Source: Callorhinchus milii
Taxonomy: Eukaryota
DNA: 64,000 nucleotides
Reading direction: 5' to 3'
Assembly (NCBI RefSeq): GCF_018977255.1
Contig: NW_024704743.1
Coordinates: 40,302,001-40,366,000, forward strand
The position numbers and the translations under genes were made by a program. A model generated the notes under the pieces. The model was given only the letters and a program-made list of their open reading frames with translations. It ran no database searches and was not told where the DNA came from. Shown piece by piece: positions 63,778 through 64,000 of the stretch; the stretch's first letter is position 1; each line of letters starts with the position of its first letter.

Positions 63778-64000
63778 GCAACAACTTACATTTATATAGT
63801 GCTCTTCATATAGAATAATGTTTTGGAGGCGCTTTACCATGAGTGGTTTGGACATTGACCAAAAAAGAAGGAAGATGTGGAGGGTGAATGAGAGGTGACC
63901 TTTGGCACAGTCAAAGAGTTTTAAGGCAGAATAGAGGGAGGGTAAGATCAAGGGCTGGAGGGAGGGAGATTCAAACGTAGGGTGGGGTGGGGAGTTGGAA
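63778..64000 (-). mobile_element. Old L2 3' end running off the window
   Basis: caacaacttacatttatatagtgc tail, then purine-rich antisense C-terminus. Confidence 0.6.

Overview
Vertebrate, repeat-dense, non-coding window (large intron or intergenic DNA). The repeat repertoire suggests a cartilaginous fish, possibly a chimaera; this is an inference, not a database match. No host protein-coding exon could be recognised, and the long ORFs mostly come from sense or antisense readings of retroelements. Contents: several generations of L2 LINEs with (TTG)n tails, including a young 5'-truncated copy with an uninterrupted 777-codon ORF2 (27006-29339, -); several CR1 LINE families; one degraded Penelope-like element (RT + GIY-YIG) whose terminal repeat carries a hammerhead-ribozyme core split by an L2 insertion; a tRNA-Ala-derived SINE family (long and short forms) with an L2-derived 3' tail; older DeuSINE-like SINEs; and two unclassified dispersed repeats. 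No wholly new biological system is supported. The best leads are the disrupted hammerhead, an apparent SINE tail-loop switch matching the L2 loop, a templated L2 5' junction, a variable 46-bp repeat in the L2 3' end, and an unclassified poly(A)-ended repeat. Boundaries of old repeats are approximate.
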